A stretch of DNA of 64,000 bases from Candidatus Moraniibacteriota bacterium (GTDB lineage Bacteria; Patescibacteriota; Minisyncoccia; Moranbacterales; DUUL01), in contig JALVDV010000003.1 of assembly GCA_027008775.1 (NCBI GenBank), positions 12,340 to 76,339 on the forward strand, given 5' to 3'. The notes under the pieces are model-generated. The model was given only the letters and a program-made list of their open reading frames with translations. It made no database searches and was not told the origin of the DNA. This document shows positions 9,120 through 19,007 of the stretch, one piece after another. The translations under genes were made by a program, and so were the position numbers. The stretch's first letter is position 1. Every line of letters starts with the position of its first letter.

Positions 9120-9808
9120 TTAATGAATTAAAACTTCTCTCACTTTGCCGACAAAAAAACTTTTCAATTTTTCTAAATCGATACTCTTACCAGCAATTTC
9201 TTTTCTCAACTTCGGATCTAAAATTTTTCCCTGATCCTGAAAGGCCTGCAAAACATAACGACGAGACCCGGATAACCAATCGGCTATCTCTTTAAATTCC
9301 TCTTCACTGTGCAAACCGGAAACTACCGTTGTCCTAAATTCATAATCGTCAGCCAAATCCCTAATCAGTTCAACGCTTTTTTTAATTTTTTCCAAGTTAG
9401 CTTCTACTCCGCAAACCCGGGCATAATTTTCCGGACTAGCCTTAATATCCATCGCCACATAATCCACCAATCTACTTTTCAACAACTTCCGCAACACTCC
9501 TGGTCGTGTCCCATTGGAATCCAATTTCACCGCAAAACCCAATCCCTTAACTTTTTTAATAAACTCAACCAAATTCGGTTGCAAAGTTGGCTCTCCACCG
9601 GTAATACAAATTCCATCCAACTTTCCTCTTCTCATTTCCAAAAATTCAAAAAATTCATCCATCCGTTTCTCAACTTGCTCATTACCGTGAACAGTGAAGT
9701 GTGAACTGTGAACCAATTCCGGGTTATGACAAAAAGGACAACGAAAGTTGCAACCGGGAGTAAATACGGTTGCCGCCACTTTGCCTGGATAATCTATCAA
9801 AGTCATCT
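9120..9808 (-). CDS. radical SAM glycyl-radical-enzyme activase (NrdG/PflA-like, anaerobic RNR activase type)
   Basis: MTLIDYPGKVAATVFTPGCNFRCPFCHNPELV is the CxxxCxxC radical SAM cluster motif of the NrdG-type family; start set at the internal Met after the ftsK stop; the longer ORF 9120..10052 overlaps ftsK. Confidence 0.8.
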
Positions 9809-9873
9809 TTTGCAAACCGGCTATCAACATAAAAACAAAAACTTTAAGACTAAAATATTTTCCAACTATCGCT

Positions 9874-12456
9874 TCAAAATTCTCTTTTGTCTCTTTCCGC
9901 CTGTATCTCCATATCATCTTCCGGACCGGAAACAACATCGGCCATCTGTTCCGCTTGCACCAGAACCTCTCGAGGCTTAGAGCCATTGGCCGGACCGACA
10001 ACACCATTTTCTTCCAGCATTTCCATAATTCTGGCAGCTCTGTTATAACCAATTCTCAGAGCTCTCTGAATAAAAGAAACTGAGGCTCTACCTGATTGCA
10101 CCACCGCCTCTTTGGCCTGTTCATACAAAACATCATCAGCCGAATTTTCTCCTTCCCGCACATCACCAGAAACAACTGTTTCTTCCAGCTTTTCTTCTAA
10201 GGAATTTTTCAAACTACCATCATGTCTGAAATTCAGTTTTTGGGCTTGCTTCTTTACAAATCTGATTAATTTATTTGTCTCTTGCTCCGAAACAAAAGGA
10301 CCCTGAATTCTCACCGGTTGCGGATAACCGGGACCAATGTACAACATATCCCCATTACCCAATAATTTTTCCGCTCCCGGCGCATCTAAAATTGTCCGAG
10401 AGTCAACATTGCCTCCCACCCGAAAAGCAATTCGTCCGGGAATATTATTTTTAATTGTTCCGGTAATCACGTTGGTATCAGGTCGCTGAGTGGAAAGAAC
10501 CAAGTGTATTCCCACTGCCCGAGCCATTTGAGAAAGACGGGTAATCAAACCTTCCACCTCCTTACCATGAGTGGACATCAAGTCTGCTAACTCATCAATC
10601 ACAATAACAATATAAGGCATTCTTTCCAAAGGCTCCTCGTTTGCTTCTCCCGTTTCTTGATTTACAACTTTTCTAGTCGCGCCTTTGCCAACCTTTTCAT
10701 TGTAAGAAACAATATTTCTGGAACCAACCTCTGCCAACTTCTTATAGCGCTCATCCATTTCAATGGTGGCCCATTTTAAAACATTTACCACTTTATCCAT
10801 ATCTGTTATTACATCAGTCAACAGATGCGGGATACCACCATAAGAAGACAGTTCCACTCTTTTTGGGTCAACCAAGATTAACTGCAAGTCATCGGGAGAA
10901 TTTTTAAAAATCAATGAAGATAGAATAGCATTTACACAAACACTTTTCCCCGTATTAGTGGAACCGGCTACCAACAAATGGGGCATTTTATCCAGAGGAG
11001 CAATAACATAATTCCCGTTGACATCCTCCCCCAGAGCCATTGACAAACCGGGAGAATTCAAAAATTCTTCCCGACCAAAAATGCTACCCAGTCGCACCAT
11101 AGTCGGCTCCTTGTTAGGAACCTCAATTCCAATCAAGGAAGTCCCGGGGATAGGCGCCTCAATTCTAATGGCATAAGCCTTTAGGGCCAAGGCCAGATTG
11201 TGTTGTAAACTAACTATTTTACTGAGCATTACACCCGCCGGCGGAATAAATTGGTATTGGGTAACCGTCGGACCGATATTGTAACCGCTGGGCTCAACCT
11301 TGATGCCAAAATCCTTCAATGTCCGTTGAATCAAAGCAATATTGACTTCCGTGTCTTTGCTCCTTTTCACTCTTTTCGTTTTGGCAAAAATACTCAAGGG
11401 CGGGCGTCGCCATTTTAGCCTCGGGCGTCTTTTTGGAACAGTTGATTTTTTTTGATTTTCAGTTTTTTTCTTATCTGGCAAAGTCACATTTCCCAACATT
11501 ATTTTCTCGTCAGCCCTTTCCTCCTCCAAACCTATACTATCAAAATTATCATCTGTCATTGTGCCTTTATCTTCCAAATCTTTTTCCATTTCATCATCTT
11601 CTTCCACCACCTCCCAAGATTTGATATTGTCATCAACTTCTCTCAACTTCGCTTCTCGTCTGGCCTGTTTACTAAAAAGCCTTTTCCACCAAGGAATATT
11701 TTTATCCTCATTCTCATCCTTTTTGAAATCATTTTGACCGACTTCCTCCCCAGCAAATTCACCGTCGTCAGTCTCATCACTGCTCTTGTTCCCATGCTCA
11801 AGATCACTCTCCAGACTTAATTGCCTGAACTCGTCACCATCGTTAAACGAAGCTTCTTCCCCGCCTTCCCCACTTTCCAAGTTATCCCCTGATCTTTTCT
11901 CCTCAGAAAAAGCGCTTCGCCAAAAATCCTTCCATTTTCCCAAAAAAGTTAAGACGGGAACATTAAAAGCCAACATAAAACCTATCAGAGCAAAAACAAA
12001 AAGAGAAACAACCGTAGCTATCCGGCCGATTAATTTTACTAAAGAAAAAGCCACCGCCAGTCCGACGTAACCTCCCCCCAATCCGATTTTAGCCAACTCT
12101 TTCATTGCCCCTTCTTCATAAAAAGCATCCAGCAAGCCTAGCAAAGAAACAAACAACAAAAAACCGCCCAGTAGAACCAAATTCCTACTGGCCCCTTTTA
12201 TTTTGCGAAAATAAACCGCCCCCCAAAAAATCAAGAGAAAAGGCAAAAAATATCGCCCCCAACCGAATAAAACGGTCAAAGCTTTATCCACCCACCGCCC
12301 TACTGCGCCGGCCTGTCCAAAAAGACTGAGTGAGAAGAATAAAGCAAAAACAAACAACAAAAGTGTTGCAATATGTTTTTTAACGTCCTGCCTTAAAACC
12401 GATTTTTCTTTTCCTTTTGCCTTTTTTCTTAGTTCCCCTTTTTTCTTCTTCATCAA
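9874..12456 (-). CDS. ftsK: DNA translocase FtsK/SpoIIIE
   Basis: N-terminal TM helices, acidic linker, C-terminal motor with LLVAGSTNTGKSVCVNAILSSL Walker A and the RecA-like fold. Confidence 0.95.
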   Translation of the reverse strand: MMKKKKGELRKKAKGKEKSVLRQDVKKHIATLLLFVFALFFSLSLFGQAGAVGRWVDKALTVLFGWGRYFLPFLLIFWGAVYFRKIKGASRNLVLLGGFLLFVSLLGLLDAFYEEGAMKELAKIGLGGGYVGLAVAFSLVKLIGRIATVVSLFVFALIGFMLAFNVPVLTFLGKWKDFWRSAFSEEKRSGDNLESGEGGEEASFNDGDEFRQLSLESDLEHGNKSSDETDDGEFAGEEVGQNDFKKDENEDKNIPWWKRLFSKQARREAKLREVDDNIKSWEVVEEDDEMEKDLEDKGTMTDDNFDSIGLEEERADEKIMLGNVTLPDKKKTENQKKSTVPKRRPRLKWRRPPLSIFAKTKRVKRSKDTEVNIALIQRTLKDFGIKVEPSGYNIGPTVTQYQFIPPAGVMLSKIVSLQHNLALALKAYAIRIEAPIPGTSLIGIEVPNKEPTMVRLGSIFGREEFLNSPGLSMALGEDVNGNYVIAPLDKMPHLLVAGSTNTGKSVCVNAILSSLIFKNSPDDLQLILVDPKRVELSSYGGIPHLLTDVITDMDKVVNVLKWATIEMDERYKKLAEVGSRNIVSYNEKVGKGATRKVVNQETGEANEEPLERMPYIVIVIDELADLMSTHGKEVEGLITRLSQMARAVGIHLVLSTQRPDTNVITGTIKNNIPGRIAFRVGGNVDSRTILDAPGAEKLLGNGDMLYIGPGYPQPVRIQGPFVSEQETNKLIRFVKKQAQKLNFRHDGSLKNSLEEKLEETVVSGDVREGENSADDVLYEQAKEAVVQSGRASVSFIQRALRIGYNRAARIMEMLEENGVVGPANGSKPREVLVQAEQMADVVSGPEDDMEIQAERDKREF

Positions 12457-12534
12457 CTATAGTTAAAAATGAATACCAAAACGAGGCCCTTAAAAAAATA
12501 AACCCACGAAACATTATACCACATTCTCCAACTC

Positions 12535-12563
12535 TTGACTATTTTTTTGAAATATACTACTAT
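12535..12563 (+). promoter_or_regulatory. putative sigma70-type promoter for rplS
   Basis: TTGACT-17-TACTAT. Confidence 0.35.
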
Positions 12564-12624
12564 GGGCAAAGTTGCTAGAAGATTGCCGGGTAATTGGCAA
12601 TTTCTAAAAATTTGTCAAAATCAC

Positions 12625-13233
12625 ATGGACCAGAAATTAATAAAATTTAACCACTCACAAAGAAAAAAGAACTTGCCCGATTTGCGCGTCGGAGATACGG
12701 TAAGAGTTCATCGCAGCATCAAAGAAGGCGACAAAGAAAGAATTCAAGTCTTTGAAGGTCTAGTTATCGCCATTAAAGGAAAGCAGAGTTCGTCTCCCAC
12801 GATTACTGTTCGCAAAGTTTCCAAAAATATCGGCGTGGAAATGATTTTTCCCATTTTTAGTCCGGTTGTCACCAAGATAGAATTGCTAAAACGTAACAAA
12901 GTCAGACGGTCTAAACTATATTATATGCGCCAGAGATTTGGTAAAGCAGCCAAGCTCAAAGTATTGGAAATATTCGGCAAAAAAGAGGATTCGGCGCAAA
13001 CGCCAACTGAAGATAAAAATGACCACAAAACATTAGAAGAGAAAGAAGATTCTTCTACAGCGGAAAAACTTGAGGAAAGCAAAACTAAAAAAGAAGAAAA
13101 ACAGGAAAAAGAAAAACCTGAAAAGAAAGAGCCCGAGAGCGAACAACAAAAGACAGAAGAAAAAAGCGATAAAAAGGAAAAGACTGAAGAAAAGAACAAA
13201 AAAGAAAAAGAAGTAAAAAAAGAAGAGAAGTAA
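12625..13233 (+). CDS. rplS: 50S ribosomal protein L19 with long K/E-rich C-terminal extension
   Basis: LRVGDTVRVH...QVFEGLVIAIKGK...TVRKVS..GVE..FPIFSPVV...AKLYYMRQRFGKAAKL aligns with bL19; about 100-aa KEKEK-rich tail. Confidence 0.9.
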   Translation: MDQKLIKFNHSQRKKNLPDLRVGDTVRVHRSIKEGDKERIQVFEGLVIAIKGKQSSSPTITVRKVSKNIGVEMIFPIFSPVVTKIELLKRNKVRRSKLYYMRQRFGKAAKLKVLEIFGKKEDSAQTPTEDKNDHKTLEEKEDSSTAEKLEESKTKKEEKQEKEKPEKKEPESEQQKTEEKSDKKEKTEEKNKKEKEVKKEEK

Positions 13234-13245
13234 GATTAAAATTCG

Positions 13246-13328
13246 GCCCCGGTGGTGGAATTGGTATACACACACGGTTGAGGGCCGTGGTCCTTTCGGA
13301 CATAAGGGTTCAAGTCCCTTTCGGGGCA
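13246..13328 (+). tRNA. tRNA-Leu (anticodon GAG)
   Basis: Type II tRNA: acceptor GCCCCGG/TCGGGGC, anticodon stem CACGG/CCGTG with loop TTGAGGG, long variable arm, T-arm AAGGGTTCAAGTCCCTT. Confidence 0.85.
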
Positions 13329-13334
13329 CTGTCC

Positions 13335-13422
13335 GGACGCTTAGCTCAGCTGGTTCAGAGCACCTCGTTTACACCGAGGGGGTCGGGGGTTCGAATCCCT
13401 CAGCGTCCACCAAACAAAAAAC
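13335..13422 (+). tRNA. tRNA-Val (anticodon TAC), CCA encoded
   Basis: GGACGCTTAGCTCAGCTGGTTCAGAGCA...CCTCG TTTACAC CGAGG...GGGGGTTCGAATCCCTCAGCGTCCACCA. Confidence 0.9.
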
Positions 13423-13428
13423 AACCGG

Positions 13429-13457
13429 CGAATTAGATCCGTCGGTTGTTTTTTGTT
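13429..13457 (+). terminator. rho-independent terminator after the tRNA-Leu/tRNA-Val pair
   Basis: AACAACCGgCG...CGtCGGTTGTT hairpin followed by TTTTTTG. Confidence 0.6.
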
Positions 13458-13500
13458 GCCCACCACCTATCCCTCTTCATCCTTCGTTTACCAACTTTTG

Positions 13501-13573
13501 TCGGGGCACTGGGATTCGAACCCAGTCTACACGGTCCCAAACCGTGCGTGCTAGCCGTTGACACCATGCCCCG
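13501..13573 (-). tRNA. tRNA-Pro (anticodon TGG)
   Basis: Minus-strand CGGGGCATGGTGTCAACGGCTAGCACG CACGG TTTGGGA CCGTG ... CTGGGTTCGAATCCCAG TGCCCCG A. Confidence 0.85.
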
Positions 13574-13651
13574 CGCAAAAACAGCTCTCACTATTATAAA
13601 GTTTTTCAAGTAAAAGTCAAACAAACTTCAACGATTCATTCTTCGCTCACT

Positions 13652-14358
13652 TCACTGACTTAAAAACTTTTTCACAAATTTTTCCGCCTCAACCAAAGCA
13701 TCCGGTGTACCAACCGGTTGCCAATGAGAAGCCAGAACTACCTTAGTTTTTCTTTGGGGATACATTTTAGCCAAAGTCTGTGGTAAACCAAATTCTTTTT
13801 TTGAAATAGTCACCGGCGAAATATTAAAATAATCTTGACCTAAAACATAGGCCCCCGTGTTCAACAAAATTTCCTTTCTAGAAGAAACCTTTTCTCTAAC
13901 CGCCCGCAAATAACCTTTTTCATCCACCTCTATTACACCGGACTGAAAATTATTTTTGGTCTCAATAGCCAGAACGGCCTGTTTGTATTTCATCAATTTC
14001 TCCAAATCTTTCTGCAAATACAGATCGTCACCCATCAAAACCAAAAACCTTCCTTTCACTAAATCTTTCACCAGAGAAACGGCTCCGGCTGTCCCATTTA
14101 AATCTTTTTGCCAAACATAATATACCTTTCTGCCCTCAAAATAATTCCCAAAAAATTTTTTGATAATCTCTCCCTTGTAAGAGACCACCAAAAAAACTTC
14201 TTTCACTTCTTTCGGCAAAGAACGAAAGCTGTAAACTAATTTTGGTCGGCCAGCTATTTCTAGCATCGGCTTTGGAATTTCCTCGGTTAAACTGCCCATT
14301 CTCGTTCCCCGACCAGCCGCCAAAATAACTGCCTGTTTCACATTACTCTTTTCCATAA
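13652..14358 (-). CDS. sugar-phosphate nucleotidyltransferase (NTP_transferase family)
   Basis: KQAVILAAGRGTRMGSLTEEIPKPML...LMGDDLY is the canonical GlmU/RmlA-type nucleotidyltransferase N-terminus; start chosen at MEKSNV. Confidence 0.8.
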
Positions 14359-14477
14359 AATTATTTAAGAAATTTATTCCTTCTAAAAACTTAACAAACA
14401 AATACAAATAAGCGCATAACTCCACACAAACGAACAATCTTACTTCCTCAAATACAACGCAAACATACAATGATCAA

Positions 14478-14570
14478 ACAATAGAGCAATAAAGCAATGG
14501 AATAATGGAGCAATAGAGCAATGAAACAATAAAACAATACAACAACATAATAATACAATTAACACAACAC
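14478..14570. repeat. degenerate ~9-bp tandem repeat (AGCAATRRA)n
   Basis: caatagagcaataaagcaatggaataatggagcaatagagcaatgaaacaataaaacaatac read directly. Confidence 0.5.
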
Positions 14571-14614
14571 CATCAAGCCAAAAATCATCTGGCAAATCTA
14601 TCCATACTTCCCAA

Positions 14615-14642
14615 TACTACCATATTACGTAATATGGTAGTA
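14615..14642. promoter_or_regulatory. 28-bp perfect palindrome TACTACCATATTACGTAATATGGTAGTA (putative operator, copy A)
   Basis: Self-reverse-complementary; identical to the copy at 46397-46424 and one mismatch from the copy at 45858-45885; lies between divergent genes. Confidence 0.6.
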
Positions 14643-14900
14643 TAAAAACAAATTTGAAGTGTAGAGCGGGTCTGGAGTGTAAAACAAATTTGAACACCCC
14701 ACCTCTGTAAAAAAGAAATAAATATCAAATTGAATAAATCAAATATATAAAATTAAAAAGCCATTTCATTTGATTCCTGTCAAATCTCTCATTTAACTTT
14801 CTTATTCCACGCCATCTTGACCCCCGATTCACACACTCGCCAAACACGAAACTCACAAAACACTATTCCCCCAAAACAAACCGACAAACAGATAAAATCA

Positions 14901-14929
14901 TTGAAACAAAACAATAAATATGTTAGAAT
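14901..14929 (+). promoter_or_regulatory. putative sigma70-type promoter for the MBL-fold gene
   Basis: TTGAAA-17-TAGAAT about 45 nt upstream of ATG 14977. Confidence 0.4.
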
Positions 14930-14976
14930 GAGTCAGTAAAACAGTAAAACTCTCTCTAAAAAATAGTCAAAAAAAT

Positions 14977-15627
14977 ATGCAAATCACTTGGTACGGTCAA
15001 AGATGTTTCAAAATACAAACCAAGCCAAAACGAGGCGAAAAGGCGGTTACCATTATCACCGACCCTTTCATCAATGACATTGGCTTACGCCCTCCGCAAG
15101 GACAGAGTGATATCATCACTTTTTCCACTGTTACCCTGGCCGAAAAACAAAAGAAAAACAAAAAAAATCAAGCCTTTATTATAGATTCTGCCGGAGAATA
15201 CAGTCTAAAAGGAGTTACCATTGAAGGAATAGAATCTTTTCAAGATGAGCAAGAATTGAAAGGCGCCGGTCGCAATAACATTTTTGTCATTAAAAGCGAA
15301 GATATCAGCCTCTGTCACTTGGGACAACTGGGAGAAGATCTTACAGAGAAGCAAATTGAAACTATCGGAGCGGTAGATGTCTTGATGATTCCGGTCGGAC
15401 GACAGTTGTCAATCAAAAAAATAAAAAACATAATCGGTCAATTGGAGCCAGCCATTATTATTCCAATGGATTACAAGATTAAAGGACTTCAAGAAAAAGT
15501 GGAAAGCTGTGATACTTTTTGCCAAGAATTTGGTGGCAACCAAAAGGAAGCTCGTGACAAACTCAGTCTCAAAGCAAATGACCTCAAAGATTTGGAAAAC
15601 AATGTTGTAATCCTAAAGAGAAGCTAA
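14977..15627 (+). CDS. MBL-fold metal-dependent hydrolase (UPF0173-like)
   Basis: MQITWYGQRCFKIQT... matches the conserved N-terminus of the small metallo-beta-lactamase-fold hydrolases. Confidence 0.75.
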   Translation: MQITWYGQRCFKIQTKPKRGEKAVTIITDPFINDIGLRPPQGQSDIITFSTVTLAEKQKKNKKNQAFIIDSAGEYSLKGVTIEGIESFQDEQELKGAGRNNIFVIKSEDISLCHLGQLGEDLTEKQIETIGAVDVLMIPVGRQLSIKKIKNIIGQLEPAIIIPMDYKIKGLQEKVESCDTFCQEFGGNQKEARDKLSLKANDLKDLENNVVILKRS

Positions 15628-15661
15628 AGGACAATAATTTAGTAAACCACCTCAAAAGATT

Positions 15662-15895
15662 ATGTATAAAAAAATATTGGAAAAACCGGAAAGTTATCGT
15701 CGCAAACTGGCTATCATTCTAACCGCCGTTATTGGAATATTGATTTTTGCCATTTGGCTATTCATCACTCAATTCCAACTCCGACAATCAATAGAACGAG
15801 AACCTGTCACCGGCCCCAGCGACTTGGAAGAATTTGAAAAAAGTTTACCTAATATATCAACAAATAATAACTCCGACAAAAAACCGGTCAACTAA
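15662..15895 (+). CDS. small single-pass membrane protein
   Basis: 77 aa; one TM helix (LAIILTAVIGILIFAIWLFI); upstream of gyrA. Confidence 0.45.
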   Translation: MYKKILEKPESYRRKLAIILTAVIGILIFAIWLFITQFQLRQSIEREPVTGPSDLEEFEKSLPNISTNNNSDKKPVN

Positions 15896-15907
15896 ACAAC
15901 AATAGAA

Positions 15908-18385
15908 ATGAAAAGAAAAAATCAACAAATCACCAAGGAGGAAGAACAAAATAATATCGGTCGTTTACAAGACCGTCCCATCGTCCAGGAAATGGAAGAA
16001 TCCTACCTCTCCTACGCTATGAGTGTGATTGTCTCCCGTGCTCTGCCTGATGTTCGCGACGGTCTTAAACCGGTGCAACGCCGTATTCTCTACGCTATGT
16101 GGAAGCTCGGCCTAAAACACAATGTCAAATACCGTAAATCGGCCACTGTTGTCGGTGAAGTGTTGGGAAAATATCACCCTCACGGCGACTCAGCTGTTTA
16201 TGAAGCTATGGTCAGAATGGCTCAAGATTTCTCCCTGCGCTACCCACTCATTGACGGTCAGGGAAATTTTGGTTCTATGGACGGAGACGGTGCCGCCGCC
16301 ATGCGTTACACCGAAGCCAGATTGAGCGCCATCGCCGAAGAAATGTTGTACGATATTGAAAAGGATACGGTTGAGTGGGTTGATAACTATGACGGCACCC
16401 GCAAAGAACCGGTTTTCCTCCCGGCCAAATTACCCCAGCTTTTACTCAATGGCACAATGGGTATTGCTGTTGGTATGGCCACTAACATTCCGCCCCACAA
16501 CTTGGAAGAAGTGGTTGACGGACTGGTTCATCTCATTGAGAAACCCAGCAGTTCCATTGAGGAATTAACTAAATTTATCCAAGGTCCCGACTTCCCCACC
16601 GCCGGTATTATTTATAACAAAAAAGATATTTTGGAAGCCTATCAAACCGGCAAAGGGGGGATCGTAACCCGCGCCAAGGCTGACATCGTGGAAAATTCCA
16701 AAGGAATGTTTTCTATTATCATCAGCGAACTAACCTACCAAACCAACAAAGCCACCCTTATCCAAAAATTGGCCAACTTGGTTAAAGAGGGAAAAATTCA
16801 AGGAATAAAAGACATTCGTGATGAATCGGACCGTGACGGAGTTAGAATAGTCATTGACCTAAAGAAAGAAGCTTTTCCCAAAAAAATCCTCAATATTCTT
16901 TACAAAACCACCGAATTGCAAAAAACTTTCCACCTAAATATGCTGGCTCTCGTTAACGGACTGGAACCGCGCATTCTCAATTTAAAATCAATCTTGGAGG
17001 AGTATTTAAATCATCGCAAAAACGTAGTTACTCGTCGCACTCAATTTGAATTGAACAAAGCCAAGGAAAGAGCTCATATTCTGGAAGGATTGAAAATAGC
17101 CTTGGATAATATCAATGAAGTTATCAAAACAATCAAAAGGTCAAAAACCAAAGAATTGGCTCACCAAAATCTGCGCAAGAAGTTCAAACTCTCCGACCGT
17201 CAAGCCGAAGCCATTTTGGAGATGAAATTGCAAACACTGGCCGGCCTGGAAAGAAAAAAGATTGAGGATGAATTGAAAGAAAAATTGGCTTTGATTAAAA
17301 AATTGGAAGCCATTCTTAAGAGTCCCCGCAAAATACTCAATATCATCAAAAAAGAATTACTGGAACTCAAGAAAAAATATCCCTCCCCCCGTCGTACCAA
17401 AGTTATAAAGGGAGCCGTCGGCGATTTTTCCCAGGAAGACTTAATTGTCAACGAAGAAACAATTATCAGCATGACAGAAGATGGCTACATTAAAAGACTG
17501 CCGGCCAATGTTTTCCGCACCCAAAAAAGAGGTGGCAAAGGAGTAATGGGTGGAAACATCAAAGAGGGTGACGCCGTAGACAAAGTTTTGGGCGCTATGA
17601 CTCACGACACTCTATTCTTTTTTACCGACACCGGTAAAGTTTTCGCGCTCAAAGCCTACGAGATTCCGGTCAGCTCCCGCACCGCCAAGGGACAATCGGT
17701 TGTCAACTTTTTACAAATAGACCCTCAAGAAAAAATTACCTCTCTCTTGGCCATCCCCAAAGACAGTCAAGCGAAATTTATGGTCATGCAAACCACTCAA
17801 GGCAAAATCAAAAAAACCGCTCTAAAAGATTTTGAAAAAGTTCGTCGCAACGGCTTGATCGCCATCAAGCTTTCCAAAGGTGATACTTTGGAATGGGTGC
17901 AAACCACCTCCGGCCAAGACAGTATTATTATCACCACCAAAAACGGTCAAGCCATTCATTTTAACGAAACTCAAGTCAGACCGATGGGCCGAGCGGCCGC
18001 CGGTGTCAAAGCCATTCGTCTCAAAAAAGACGATCAAGTGGTCGGTATGAACATCGTTCGCAAAGAATACAAAAAACCGCAACTTCTGGTCGTTACCGAA
18101 AACGGCTACAGCAAAAGAACACCCATCAGTAAGTACAAAAAACAAACCCGCAGTGGTTCCGGTCTAAAGACTTTAAAAGTTACTCCCAAAGTCGGACACT
18201 TGGTTTCCAGTCGCGTTATTGAAGAAAAAGAAGCAGACACAAAAACTTTAATAGCCAGTTCCAACAAGGGACAAATTATCCGCACCCCCATCAAATCCAT
18301 CTCTGTTTTGGGACGCGCCACCCAAGGTGTCAAAATAATGAATCTCAAAAAAGGTGAAAAAATTTCCGCCGTAGCTGTTCTGTAA
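15908..18385 (+). CDS. gyrA: DNA gyrase subunit A
   Basis: [34 protein letters not shown]...[20 protein letters not shown] with the active-site Tyr region and C-terminal beta-pinwheel repeats. Confidence 0.95.
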   Translation: MKRKNQQITKEEEQNNIGRLQDRPIVQEMEESYLSYAMSVIVSRALPDVRDGLKPVQRRILYAMWKLGLKHNVKYRKSATVVGEVLGKYHPHGDSAVYEAMVRMAQDFSLRYPLIDGQGNFGSMDGDGAAAMRYTEARLSAIAEEMLYDIEKDTVEWVDNYDGTRKEPVFLPAKLPQLLLNGTMGIAVGMATNIPPHNLEEVVDGLVHLIEKPSSSIEELTKFIQGPDFPTAGIIYNKKDILEAYQTGKGGIVTRAKADIVENSKGMFSIIISELTYQTNKATLIQKLANLVKEGKIQGIKDIRDESDRDGVRIVIDLKKEAFPKKILNILYKTTELQKTFHLNMLALVNGLEPRILNLKSILEEYLNHRKNVVTRRTQFELNKAKERAHILEGLKIALDNINEVIKTIKRSKTKELAHQNLRKKFKLSDRQAEAILEMKLQTLAGLERKKIEDELKEKLALIKKLEAILKSPRKILNIIKKELLELKKKYPSPRRTKVIKGAVGDFSQEDLIVNEETIISMTEDGYIKRLPANVFRTQKRGGKGVMGGNIKEGDAVDKVLGAMTHDTLFFFTDTGKVFALKAYEIPVSSRTAKGQSVVNFLQIDPQEKITSLLAIPKDSQAKFMVMQTTQGKIKKTALKDFEKVRRNGLIAIKLSKGDTLEWVQTTSGQDSIIITTKNGQAIHFNETQVRPMGRAAAGVKAIRLKKDDQVVGMNIVRKEYKKPQLLVVTENGYSKRTPISKYKKQTRSGSGLKTLKVTPKVGHLVSSRVIEEKEADTKTLIASSNKGQIIRTPIKSISVLGRATQGVKIMNLKKGEKISAVAVL

Positions 18386-18471
18386 AAAACTCTCCCACAT
18401 TACTCTGATAATCCCTCAGACCAACAAAAGCCTCATTTAATAAAGCCAACAAATCACTTCTCCAACTAAAA

Positions 18472-18508
18472 AACAGGTTGCAATGTATTAATTGCCAACC
18501 TGTTTTGA
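18472..18508 (+). terminator. rho-independent terminator after gyrA
   Basis: ACAGGTTGCAAT...ATTGCCAACCTGT hairpin followed by TTTTGAT. Confidence 0.6.
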
Positions 18509-18526
18509 TATCCCCTCAATAAGACA

Positions 18527-18853
18527 TCAGGGGCAGTTCAGCACGAAACCTTTCGGTTCCGGTAAACCGGCCATTTTACAGGCCAGTTTGATCCCTCCGG
18601 GGAATAATTTTTTAAATTCATCATCGTCAAGCTCAAAAACTTGTAGGAGAGAAATATATGCAGGAATCATCTGTGTGTTCTGATAGGTGTGCCGTAACCA
18701 ATATATTATATTCCAATGTCGCTCCGTCAAAAATATATCGCAGACAACGGCAATAAATTGGGCCCAGTCTTCCACCCACTGACAATCATCAATAAGGTAC
18801 AATTTTTTATTAGTTTTAAAAACTACCCCACTGATTTTAACCTCAATAACCAT
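18527..18853 (-). CDS. TusE/DsrC-family sulfur-relay protein
   Basis: 108 aa; RHWNIIYWLRHTY...LFPGGIKLACKMAGLPEPKGFVLNCP parallels E. coli TusE HWEVVRFVRDFY...[23 protein letters not shown], including the C-terminal Cys. Confidence 0.7.
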   Translation of the reverse strand: MVIEVKISGVVFKTNKKLYLIDDCQWVEDWAQFIAVVCDIFLTERHWNIIYWLRHTYQNTQMIPAYISLLQVFELDDDEFKKLFPGGIKLACKMAGLPEPKGFVLNCP

Positions 18854-18945
18854 TTCGGTTCCTCCCTTCTTTTTTGTATTTCTGAAGAACTAAATCACCA
18901 ACATTATAAACAAAAACACAAAAAAGTAAAACTAAAACTAGAAAA

Positions 18946-18980
18946 TCACCCAAAAGAAAACCGGCCAGGAGCCGGTTTGT
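18946..18980 (-). terminator. rho-independent terminator after greA
   Basis: Minus strand: AAACCGGCtcctgGCCGGTTT followed by TCTTTTGGG. Confidence 0.55.
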
Positions 18981-19007
18981 AAAAATACAAAATCAACGCT
19001 CAAAAAA

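Noticed and set aside
9120-10052. Full 310-aa ORF for the radical SAM activase
   Set aside because: The first 82 codons overlap the 3' end of ftsK in another frame and lack similarity to activases. The conserved MTLIDYPGK start at 9808 follows the ftsK stop.
12921-13329. Phe/Ser-rich minus-strand ORFs antisense to the rplS tail and tRNA-Leu
   Set aside because: They are antisense reflections of the K/E-rich L19 extension, and they overlap tRNA genes.
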